This document shows, one piece after another, positions 1 through 10,908 of a stretch of 64,000 nt of DNA. The translations under genes were made by a program, and so were the position numbers. Origin of the DNA: Hydrolagus affinis (lineage: Eukaryota); assembly GCA_012026655.1 (NCBI GenBank), contig JAAILG010001088.1, positions 1 through 64,000 on the forward strand, written 5' to 3'. Below the pieces are notes generated by a model. The model worked only from the letters and a program-made list of their open reading frames with translations. It searched no databases and had not been told where the DNA came from. Each line of letters starts with the position of its first letter. Positions within the stretch are counted from its first letter, which is position 1.

Positions 1-66
1 GGGGGGGGGGGGAAGAGGAGGAGGTGAAATCGAATTGATTTCACTGTCTGGAAACGTAGAAAACTT

Positions 67-159
67 TAATGATAATAATAATAATCCTCGCGTTTGGACA
101 CGGCGCTTTTCACGTCTTCGAGGCGTCTCAAAGCTCCTCGCCGAGTGTACCGCCAAGCG
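67..159 (-). mobile_element. SINE 3' tail, strongly GC-shifted copy
   Basis: (AAT)n-CCTCGCGTTTGG...GCGCTTTTCACGTCTTC aligns to the tail of the window's dominant SINE. Confidence 0.85.
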
Positions 160-3100
160 TACACGTGCGTGAGCCGCGCTGTGTTTGCAAAGCTGGCTAA
201 TTTCGGGGCTACGGTTCGCTCGGGAGCCACTGCGAGGGTTCGCGTTCGGAGCACACGGGGAGCGGGTAGCCCGTCCCAAAGCCGAACTCCCATCGCAGTG
301 AGAGAATCTCTGGACGGTAGCGGGGAGCAGATTGTGTGCAGTGTTTTCAAAAGTGCCCCTGGGTGTATGTGCCTGTGAGCTTTGCCTTGTGCTGTACAGT
401 TAACATGAGTATCTGCGCAGTGATGAGGGAATATTAAGCATTGATGCAGTCGGTAACACACGTCGTCTTGGGGGCTTCCCCAAAATTACAGACGATAAAT
501 AATATACTGGGTGTAATGTAGGCAGTGTTTGCTGACCGGAGTAATTGCGTGTGTGTGTGTGTGTATGCATCGCACATCTGTATGGCCACATGTGCTTGTT
601 TCAATCTGAACAGGTGAGCTGGCACACGGGTGTGTGTGTGTGAGTGCGCGCGCGCGCGTGTATGTGTTTTGATTGCGCTCACAGGCGCCTCCCTCTCCCC
701 TTGACTCGTTGTCAGACTCCGCCACTGTGAGGCTCTCCGGGACTCTACCCTGCGTGAAGGGCGCTACATAAATGCAAGTTGTTGTGGCGGTGGTGCGAGT
801 GTGCGAGAACGTGGCTGTGTGAGTGTGCCGGCAGATATAAACCCTTTTATTACACAGAAGGAGGTCTTTCAGTCCAAGTAATGCTGGTTCTTACAGATCC
901 ACACCCCTACCTTTTCCTCACACTCGTTCCCCCCCCACCCGTCACCCCCCAGCCCCTTTTTGTATAGTTCCTGTTCAAACGTTTGCTTATTTTCTATTAA
1001 AGGCTGTTGTGAATTCTGCCTTGCCTACTGTTTTCTTTGGTCAGACATCCATATCCTACTAACCATCTGCGTTTAAAAAAAAAAACGACTGCCGTGCTTT
1101 TTTTTTGGTAATGAGCTTGAGTTCTTGCCCTGACCAGTAAAAGTAATTTCTCACTATTCACCGTATTAAAACCCTTTGCAGTTTTGAATATCTCTTTAAT
1201 GTCCCCCTAACCTCCTTCCTTTTTAGCGGAAATGTTAACAGAAGCGATTTATGTAGCACCTTTCACATTGAGAGGATGTCTCAAACTCTGCACGATGCTG
1301 ACCGAGAGAAGCTGGGATGGAGTTGGGTGGGATGGAGGGGTTTGGGGTGGAAAACGAGGGAGGGAGGTTAGTAGGAAAGACACCAAAAACACGATGGAAA
1401 AGAAGTCTCAACTTCCCCTCTGTAGTCTCTCTCTCTTGCATTCTGTGCCTCAAATGATAATAAAGCCAAGAATGCCTTTAGCTTTCGGGGGGGGAGCGAA
1501 ACCCATCTTTGTTAACTTGGCCTCACTCTTTTGGCAATTTGTGTATTAACTTCTACATCTCTCTGCTCGTCCACTCCTTTTAAAAGTTTGTCTAATTCAG
1601 TTGCCACTCCTATTGCTTCCCCCAAAATTACCTCATGATTTTTTCTGCATCAAATTTCACCTTATGTCTTCCTAATTTCACTAATTTATGTCTTCCTTAA
1701 TTTGCCGAGAATCCTCTTTCCAGTTAGCCATGCTCCCTCTGTGTCTGTAAATTCTGACATGGTACTCCCTATAACAATGGTATACTATGTACATGTTTAA
1801 GGATACACGTGTGGTATGTATGTGTCATGTGCTTGTATGGTTACGTGTGAATGTGCATGTATGTGTCTGCTTATATGTGGGCATGTACTTTTTTGGGGAT
1901 AATATCAAGACAGACATGTCTATGTTATTGGTGGGTAACGGTTAATCCCAAACCAGCATAAACCCATCCTCAAAATTGTTCCAGAATTGTTCACGTTGCT
2001 AATCCCCGATTAGCCAGAATGAAGCCAGCATTCCAATGCCTTTCATTAACCCCATTACCTATCAGTGTGATGCTGATCACATTAATATGAGGTTGTTAAA
2101 CTCATTCACAATTAGCCAACTGATGAAAGGGCACAGCGGGAAGTGGGTTGGGTCAGTAAAACAAGGAATACTCTGATGATATGGAAACCGGGGAGCAAGC
2201 GGTGTTTCGCTGATGCAGTTGAAAGCTGTACGCTTGCGAGGAGATTGTTTCTGGAAGTTTCTTATTCAGCTAAAGCTACTTTACTTTGCAGAAGTATTTT
2301 CGCCCTGTGTAGCGGTTGCATTAACAAGGGTAGTTAGTCACGGTGGTGAAACATTTAAATAGCTTTGCGGCATGTCCGGGCTTTCGTGTGTTTTCACTCC
2401 CGCCTGAGCAATGGCATAAGAGGAGGGACCGCTGACAGGTTCAGAGCCACGGAGACGTCTGCCTGTCCCGATTCGTTGTTGCCAGCGTTCGGCAAGTCTG
2501 GAACAAAGTGCTGCGTCTTTCAAAAACATGACCAAGACTTGGGACAGGATGCAGCGAGCGCTCGCGTCTGTAACGCAACCAACTCTTGTGGCTTTTTTCC
2601 TCAAATTGTTTTTCTGGGAAAGAGCCAAGCCACGCGGTTGTGAGCTATTGCTGTGCAATTAATAAGGGGTTGATGGAGCTTGCAGATAAAGATTTCTGCC
2701 TGATACCTTGTCTCTCGGGAGTGAGGGAGACACTATTTGGGGCGCGAGGGAGACGCGGAGAGACGAGAGAGAGAGAGAGAGAGAAAGATGCAAAGGAGGT
2801 AGTCATTTTTTTTTCACGACCTTGCAGGTCTGTGTTTGTTCTTGGCATGAGATACTTCTGGCAGCTACCGAAAAGAAAAATTCCTATTATGCTTCCTATT
2901 AACTCACTTAATACTTCTAGGGGCAAAGATGAAGCAAATAAAATCCAGCTGAAAAGTTGCCCTTCACAAATTGTCAATTGCATTGGATTTACAGCTGAAA
3001 CGTTTTATGTTCTCCCCCAGAAAGGATGCTTTGCTTATAAGCTACAGTCAGGCCATGGAGTTTGTCAATGCGATAGATGATGTTTTATTGAAACGCTGGA

Positions 3101-3877
3101 GGGGTAAACAAACTCGGGTTTTGTGGCTATATTTCACAACTTTGCCTACTGCTCGATGGAGTCTCGGGAAGGATGTTGATGATTCGCATTCAAGGATTGA
3201 AGCAGGATGTGTTTCACTTACATAACAGGAACTAACTTTCAAACTGTTCACAAATCCATACCGCTACGTACATACCGTGACACACACACGCTTACCCACA
3301 CTTTTGCACATACTGCATTTTGTCTGGTTGTGTATGGGAATTGCAAAGGAATGTTTTTGATGGGACAGATTCACCCCAAGCCTCCAATCCCACACCCAAT
3401 TTACCCACCCCCCCACCGCCATCCATTCCCCACACCCTCCCTCTCCCCACCTCACAATCAACCAATACACCTTGTCTCAAGGTTCTTAGGTTATGTACAC
3501 ACATCTAATGCATCCATCCCTTTTGGAAGCTAAAGATTCTGAACAATCTCCAGAATGTTATTTAATGGCTTACAGATGATTCTTTGAATATCTGGGAATT
3601 TAATATTAAATCAATGATGCTTGTGCTTTTCATAAAAGATGAGATCGCATGACAAACTGGCTTTTAAAAGCTGACAAATAACTGGCTTTGTAGCAGGGTT
3701 TAACTCTCAGTTGACCAAGTCAGATTCGAGAACTAAACTAGACGGAGTATACAGGACTAGGTTATTTCATAATGAATTCAAGTAGAAAGCCATTATCATT
3801 AGATAACCTGCTATCAAACGGTTTGATAGCAGAGTAAGGATTGTAAAGGGCAATTTCAGGATGGACACTAGGAAGTA

Positions 3878-3987
3878 CAGGGTAACCAAAAAGTCTTATT
3901 TTTCAGCTGTAATATGTTAAAAACAATCATAATTTCTTTAAGACTTTTTAGACATTATAATAGTATCACAAGTTTTTGGTCACCATG
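3878..3987. mobile_element. Tc1/mariner-like MITE, 110 bp, abutting an old CR1 fragment
   Basis: TA|CAGGGTAACCAAAAA...TTTTTGGTCACCATG|TA: imperfect TIR with TA TSD. Confidence 0.65.
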
Positions 3988-4013
3988 TACTGTAATTCGT
4001 TACTTAGGATACA

Positions 4014-4329
4014 GAGTCCAGTAGCTCAGTGGTCAGAGCACTCAGTCGCCTTACAAGCATGAGAACTGTATTCGAATCCTGGCAGGAAGGGGCGAAACCT
4101 TGAGCAAATTTCCTTACTCCACATGCCTAATAATAATCCCTCCAACAAAAGTAATAATAAAATTGGTCATTTCAATCGACAACTGTTTGTGGGACACTGC
4201 TGTGCAAAATTGGCTGCCGCTTTTCGTCCACAAGTATAGTCAAGTCACTTTACAGTATATTCTGTGTAGTGCTTTCAGATGTCTAGAAGATGTGAAAAGC
4301 GCAATATCAAATGCAAGGATTATTATTAT
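4014..4329 (+). mobile_element. Full-length tRNA-derived SINE (dominant family)
   Basis: Box A TAGCTCAGTGG, box B-like TTCGAATCC, body GTTTGTGGGACACTGCTGTGC, tail GCAAGGATTATTATT; more than 25 related copies in the window. Confidence 0.92.
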
Positions 4330-5119
4330 CTTGCAATTGGATCTCCAGAATGAATGGTTGAGGCCAGGATGCTGGACTCATTTGAAGAAGTAGCTTAAGT
4401 GAGAGGTTGGAAGCATGGACGTTCTGGAAGATTAGGTCAAATATGATATCAGCGTGGCTTACTGTTCATTTCTAGCATTTCCAGTGGTTGCCTTGATTCG
4501 AACACAGGTCTTATGCTGGTAAGGCGAGTGCTCTAACCACTGAGCTACATGACCCTTCTAGACGTCTCAAAGCGCTTCACAGAATATACTGTAAAGTGTC
4601 TTGCCTTTTGCACCCGCAAACTATGGGCAGGAAGCCATAGCGGAATTGGCCACAGTCCTGTGCTATTACCAGGGTGTGTTATAGCTGGGTTGGGTTGCAT
4701 CTCGGGTGAAGTTACTGGAACCTCCCTCATTGTTCAAGGGAAGCAAAAGTCAACTCCAGTTACATTGCTGCTTTGCTGCTTTGTTCATTAGCTCATCCTT
4801 GGTTGTCTCCAGTGGACTATTTAGCATTGGCTATTTGACACTCAGCTCAAACTTTGGACTCTTAGTTGCCAATCCCATTCCCTTGTGTTGGGAGGACTCA
4901 GTGAGTTGTGAGCATCTTACTTTGTACAGTACTTTTACTCGGTTCTTCTTTCTTCCATCAGTCATGAGAAATCTTCAGTTCATCTGATCAGTTCCCAAAT
5001 CCCAGAATATGAATTATTTTGCTCAGAATCTTCCTGGAACTGTTGCAATTTGGTACTTGGACCAGAATTAACTCTTGTCTTTGATTTTCAACTAAGCCTT
5101 TTGTACCAACCACACTAAC

Positions 5120-5636
5120 TTGCACTCTGCTGTTAATTACACCTCTACCTCACTTGCATTAATTACACCTTTAACTCTCTCCGAACTCAGTGGGTGAGAT
5201 GTGTAAATAATGGATGAGAGTTAGGGATAATTATTAGTGTGTTAGCTATAATTATTTATACCTCTAGCTGTCTGCTGGTATTTAAGAGGAGTTAGGGTGT
5301 AATAGATAACATTGAGTTAGACTGCTGATAGCTACACCCCCACTGATCTAAATTAAATGTCTAACTTGCTGTCATTAATTGCATTAACCAACCAACACTA
5401 GTTAGATGCTCACAATCCCTGTTACTTTCACCCCCACCGACTGTCATAATTGCAGCTTGAACTTTGCGGTTAATTAGGCTTCCTTTAAACTCTGCCATTA
5501 ATTGCATACAGTAAAAACAAATATTCATTACACCTCAAGCTCTGACACTGATTCCATTCCCAGCCATCTTCCCTAAATTACACCTCTAGCTTTGCAAAGA
5601 ATTAATTACACCTCTAATTCACTGCTATTAATTACT
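5120..5636. repeat. Degenerate ~25-bp repeat with core TAATTACACCTCTA
   Basis: Core copies at 5134, 5160, 5527, 5576 and 5603; inverted copy near 5296; CTG(C/T)N(N)TTAATT variants in between. Confidence 0.6.
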
Positions 5637-5639
5637 GTA

Positions 5640-6180
5640 TCAACAACCTTTTATATAGCACCTTTCACAGAGGAAAATGCCCTAAAGTGCTTCACAGAGA
5701 TGGAGTTGGGGCTCAAACAGGGTGTAATGTGCGATAGTAGAAGGGAAATGACCGAAACCAAAGTGAAGGACGTGTTTTTTTGTTGTTGTAGTACAGTATT
5801 TTGAAAGCAGAGATGGAAGATGGAAGGTGGAGGGATTCATGCAGAGAGTTTCAGAAAGAGAGGTCAGACCATCTGAAAGCTTGGTCTCTGATAATGGGCC
5901 ATTGAGGACAGGAACATTGAGCAGGTTTAAGTTGGCAGAGTACTGTGTAGGAATCAGGCTGGGAAATTGGAACAAATGAGACCAGAGAGAGAGGTTGTGT
6001 GGGGAAGAACATGGAGCCAGTTTTAAAGTTAGAATAGCGATCTTAAAGTTAGTCTGTTGAGGAACAGTGAACCGTTGGATCCTATTGAGCATGGGGTAAT
6101 TGGTTTATGGAGCCTGGAATGGTAAAGTCTGAGGTCATTGGCTGTCACTTGAGGAGGAAGAATTGAACTGTGAAGACCAG
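5640..6180 (-). mobile_element. Old L2 LINE 3' fragment
   Basis: CAACAACC..TATATAGCACCTTTCAC tail; minus-strand remnant NFKIAILTLK. Confidence 0.65.
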
Positions 6181-7253
6181 TGAGGAAGACTCAAGTTGAT
6201 GTTCAGTTGAAAAAAGTTTTGATTCAGGACTTGATTCAGGACTCCCTGGATCCCTGTTTCCAAAGCAGATCGAATTCACGATCCTGAAGTTTTCCTAATA
6301 TGAAAAGTGCTATACCAGATTCAAGGATTATTATTACTATTATTAATACAGTAGTTACAAGTCTGAATCTGCCGTTGTTTGCCAATATAAATTGCTCCTT
6401 TAATTGCTCTCAGCCCCTGTCATTAATTGTCCTTTTTTTAATTCACTAACATTGTAGGTTGGTCAGCATGTTTCAGTATGTGGGTTGCACAGTAATTGTA
6501 GTGTTTCTGTAGTACTCAGATGATGCTTCCACTTTTCTTATTATTTCTGTTTTATTCCTGCAAAGTTATTAAATAATCTCTGAGTGTGCAAAGCAAAAAT
6601 GGGCGCTTTGCCATATAATAGTCCAGGATCTATATAGTGTTTTTATAGCCTTGTAAAAGTTGAAATTTCTGTGTTTATTACTTAAATATATTAACACAGA
6701 CTTTTCACGACTGGAGTCCAGTTTATAATGAAAAAAGGCATCCTAATTGCAGTGCATTTAAACAGAAGTGTAAGAGATGGGGATGGGGGGGGCACAGGAA
6801 TAGGTTTGAGGCCCCTGGAATATGTGTGTCGAGGGGAGAACTGAAATAATATGAGTGGGAATGGAGCATTGGAATAGGAATGAGGTACAGTACTTTATAA
6901 AGTTCTAGCGAGATAGTCTCACTAACATCGCGGTTTCAGCTGATTACACTCAAGCACATATTCTGAGGTCCCCAAGCCTCCACTCTTGCCAACCTGTCCT
7001 TAATACTTTCCGGATTTAGGTAAGCAGGGTGCATCCCTCCAGGGAGAGAGTTTGCATTCCAATCCAGACACAGGGACATTTCCATATGTAAGTGAAACTG
7101 TCTGGTTTGGTTTAAGCACAGTGATGGTATTCCTCATGTGTCAGACACCCAGCGAACCCCAGCCTCCCAACCACCAAAAGGCATTATATGTTATATTTGA
7201 TGTTAAGAGAAGGAATTGAGATCAACAAGTTGGAGAGCTGAACGGATATTTAC

Positions 7254-7580
7254 ATAATAATAATCCTTGCATTTGATATAGCGCTTTTCACATCTTATCA
7301 ACGTCTCAAAGCGCTTTACAGATTATACTGTAAAGTGAATTGACTATATTTTGTGGGTGAAGCGCGGCAGGCAATTGCGCACAGCAGTGTCCCACAAACA
7401 GAAGTGGATCGAAATGACCAATTTTTATTATTGTGTTTTGTTTTTCTGGACGGATTATTATTAGGCGTGTGGAGTAAGGAAACTTGCCCAAGGTTTTGCC
7501 CTGACCTGCGTGGATTCGAACACAGGTCTCACGCTTGTAAGGCGAGTGAGTGCTCTAACCACTGAGCTACAGGAGCTCCA
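7254..7580 (-). mobile_element. Full-length tRNA-derived SINE
   Basis: Reverse complement of the same family, head through (TTA)n tail. Confidence 0.92.
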
Positions 7581-9815
7581 CAAAGGTTGTAAGTGAGAAC
7601 ACAGACTCAAGAGACGTAAACGTCAGGAAAAGAGCAGGAACGAGACTTGAGATGTGTAAGAGTGATGCACGCCAATTGAATATACATCGCGGTGAGCGAC
7701 ATTTAAACCAACTGATGATTCTCATTCCTAAAGAGCAGCATGGTGGAAAGTCTGTGACCTGAGACGCAGACTGAATCCTTTCCAGCAGGAGACTGAACGT
7801 ATTGTCTGACTTTGCTCCAATTGCCATAGGTAAAAGGAGAAATGTGCCTCTGTGAGGGAGCCTTTGAATGCCAAGCTGGTTGTGGGTGGGTTTCCTAATC
7901 ATAGGCTCGTATTCAAACACATATGCTCGCAAGCTGCTCAAATGGACTTCCCTGTTTTTTTCATTTAGCTGCTTGTAGTTTTCGAAAAGGAAATTCAGTG
8001 AAATGGTTTGGCAGAATGAAAAGAGGATCGGTAAAGGAAAATGCTGCTCAATGTAGCACACATTCCAGCTGCTTTTCTTCTAACAATAGACTTAAAGCAA
8101 GATTTAGGAAAAGGATTTGAATCTGCAACCTGGGGCTGAAATTCCACAAGTCCTACTTTCTGTGTTAATGGTGCAGAATTTTGTATAGTGTATGAGGTGA
8201 GACACAAGGCAATTCAACTCAGAGAGGGAGAAAGACAGCTCTTTAGAGTTCTGTCAGAGCAAAGCCAAGATAATCAGTAAGTGTGAAATGTTTCAAGTCT
8301 TCCTATAGGTTTTCACAGACATCTGTTCAGATCTGCTGCAGTGACATATTTAATGTATCTACGGTTGTTTAAACTTGGTTGGTAGGAGATCTGCTTAAAC
8401 ATGCGATGTTTGGCACTGTTCTCTGCACTCCCTGGACATGAAAGAAAAATAGAGAATTTTGTCTGAAAAGAAACGTTATTTGTTGCTGAAACCATTGAAG
8501 TCGTCAAATGTGACTGCTCACACTGCAATTTATTGCTTTCATTTAGTTCTAAATTGAAATAATTTTCGTTTGCAAAGCAATTCCCTAAGTATGTGCTGTG
8601 GTTCCCTGCCTGTGTGAAGAACATGGAACAGTCTTTTAGGCAGTAAATGCCAATCTCTCCCGCAGCGTTGGTTCCTACTGTGGCCCAAAGCAGTGTATTT
8701 GCTGTGTTGTATCTCAAAAGAGCTATTTGACTGGTTTGGTTGTTTTCATATTTGTTATATCTGGTGAAAGGATACGATGGAAGTAATTTAATCATGATTT
8801 AATCATCAAAAATCAAACCACAGTACTACATTTAATTAAAAATTTAATTAAAAAGCAAGTCGTTACATTTCGCCCACGAAACACACAGTCCACACCCACA
8901 ACAACGGCAACAGAATTACATTTGTATATCGCAAACACTATCTGTGAAGCGCTTTGAGACTTCTCAATGATCTGATAAGGCACTATACCAACTGCAAGGA
9001 TTTAAAAAAAATATTATGTTGCCTTAAGGATTATTTAAACTAAGTAAATCAAATTTGTACACTAAAAATGGATCCGTGGAAAGATTATCATAATTGAAAT
9101 AAATGTTTTTCCCAGTCTTTCTTATAGCTTTGCATGTTTCTACAATGTCAATGTACATTAGTAAGTTTTTAATTATTTAAAGCAATGGAATGAATTTGGA
9201 TTGAATAGTACCTTGATTATATTCCCAAACTACCATGTTCACCACATTTGGCGTAAATACCTACCCAGACTCCTCGACCGCAGTAGAGTAATTATTTACT
9301 CTTATCCTGAATATGAGATGTGAACCAAGCTCCTGTTTGCCATTAAAAATCATTAAAAAATCTATGGCACTGTTCGATAGGAGAAGGATGTCATGTCACC
9401 CGGTGACATGCCCGGTCATGGATGTCAACACAACTAGATTAAAAAAAAATCTGTTATGGTTGCCTACAAAATACAGTCACTACATTTTATAGTAAATCTT
9501 TTGAAGCACTTTGAGTCATTTTGACGACATAGGTGCCACATCAAATGCGAGTACGCTATATACAACAACAACATTATGTTTGTGTAGCGCTTTTCATGTC
9601 GGGAGGACATCACACTTATCTCTCAAGTCACACCAGGAGTTGGGAACCTTACTCACATGCTGCTATTGCTTATTGGACACTGGGTGTCACTGCTACAGAA
9701 AGTATAGGTGGACTGTATCTGGATCAGTTGTTGCAGGACTGAGCTGCTTTAGTTAGTTAACTAGCACATTTACACGTGTGCAAGATATTAGAATTTTTTT
9801 AAATTCCATTCCATT

Positions 9816-10123
9816 GGAGTTCTTGTAGCTGGTTACAGCACTCGCCTTACAAGCGTGAGACCTGTGTTCGAATCCGGGCAGATCAGGGCGAAACCGTGGG
9901 CAAGTTTCCTTACTCCATAAATCTAATAATAATCCCCTCCCAACAACAAACAAACACAAAAAAGTAATAATAAAAATTGGTCATTTCAATCCACTTCTGT
10001 TTATGGGACGCTGCTGTGCGCAATTGGCTGCCACAAACGTACGGTCAATTCGCTTTACAGTATATTCTGTGAGACGTTGATAGGATGTGAAAATCCCTAT
10101 ATCAAATGCAAGGATTATTATTA
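9816..10123 (+). mobile_element. Near full-length tRNA-derived SINE
   Basis: GGAGTTCTTGTAGCT...GTTCGAATCC...GCAAGGATTATTATTA. Confidence 0.9.
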
Positions 10124-10511
10124 TCATTCTTACTTCAATGACACTTCTTACATTTACAAACCCCTAGCTTGTGTGGAGTTCCCTCCACTCACTGTGATCT
10201 TGAGAAACTGTCCGTCAAGCTGTTAACGTCAGGACCCTGTGTGAGGCCACTTCATTCACAAAGTGGCAGATGTAATTAATGGATACATTCACTTTGTGGA
10301 TAATGGGCAATAACAGAGGGAGAGAGAGCATATCATTGTCAATCCCATTATTTCGAGCTCGATGCTACAAGTCGGTAGAGTGAGTATTCAGGAAGGATGA
10401 GATCGAATGGCCCAAGGGGGTCTGGCTGCGGTTGAATCTCTCTTGCTTTCTTTGTGAAATGGAGCTTTTTTTTTCCCTCCAGTGTTTCAGCAGGTTGCAC
10501 AGTGGAACGAG

Positions 10512-10595
10512 ATGGGCTGGTACGGAATGCTTGTACTGGGACTGAGCACTTTAGTTTGTTCCTTTCTGGCAGTTCAGTTACAAGCTGCAAAGGCT
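10512..10595 (+). CDS. THSD4: Candidate alternative first coding exon of THSD4 (signal peptide of a short isoform)
   Basis: ATG in strong Kozak context (GAGATGG) opens MGWYGMLVLGLSTLVCSFLAVQLQAAKA. A GC donor (GCT|gcgagt) would join it in phase 0 to the exon at 10704. A polypyrimidine acceptor lies upstream at 10482. Confidence 0.5.
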
Positions 10596-10703
10596 GCGAG
10601 TATTATTCACAGTTAAGTTGGTGTTAAAGTGTAGTGTTGTAACAAGTAAATTTCTTTTTTCTCCCCCAACCACATTCCCCCCCACCCCAACACACACACA
10701 CAG

Positions 10704-10908
10704 AACATTGGCTGTGACGATTACCTGGGCTCTGATAAAGTAGTGGATAAATGTGGAATGTGCGGAGGGGATAACACGAGTTGCAAGGTTGTATCTGGCA
10801 TCTTCAAAGACAGCCTGTCGAGTGTTGGATATCACAAAATCATCGAGATCCCCGAAGGAGCAACGAAAATCAATGTGACTGAAATGGCTAAGAGCAGGAA
10901 TTACCTGG
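10704..10908 (+). CDS. THSD4: THSD4 exon (end of Cys-rich module, start of spacer), 205 bp, phase 0-1
   Basis: cag|AACATTGGC...TACCTGG|gtgagt; [68 protein letters not shown]. Confidence 0.95.

Noticed and set aside
2528-2662. Short ORF MTKTWDRMQRALASVTQPTLVAFFLKLFFWERAKPRG as a signal-peptide exon
   Set aside because: The available GTGAGC donor is phase 1, incompatible with the phase-0 acceptor at 10703.
4014-4090. tRNA gene-like sequence (also at the other SINE heads)
   Set aside because: Box A and B are present, but each runs straight into the SINE body and no intact cloverleaf is evident.
4706-4900. Hydrophobic ORF ending at a phase-0 GTGAGT donor, as an alternative THSD4 first exon
   Set aside because: No in-frame ATG after the upstream stop at 4682, and no good acceptor.
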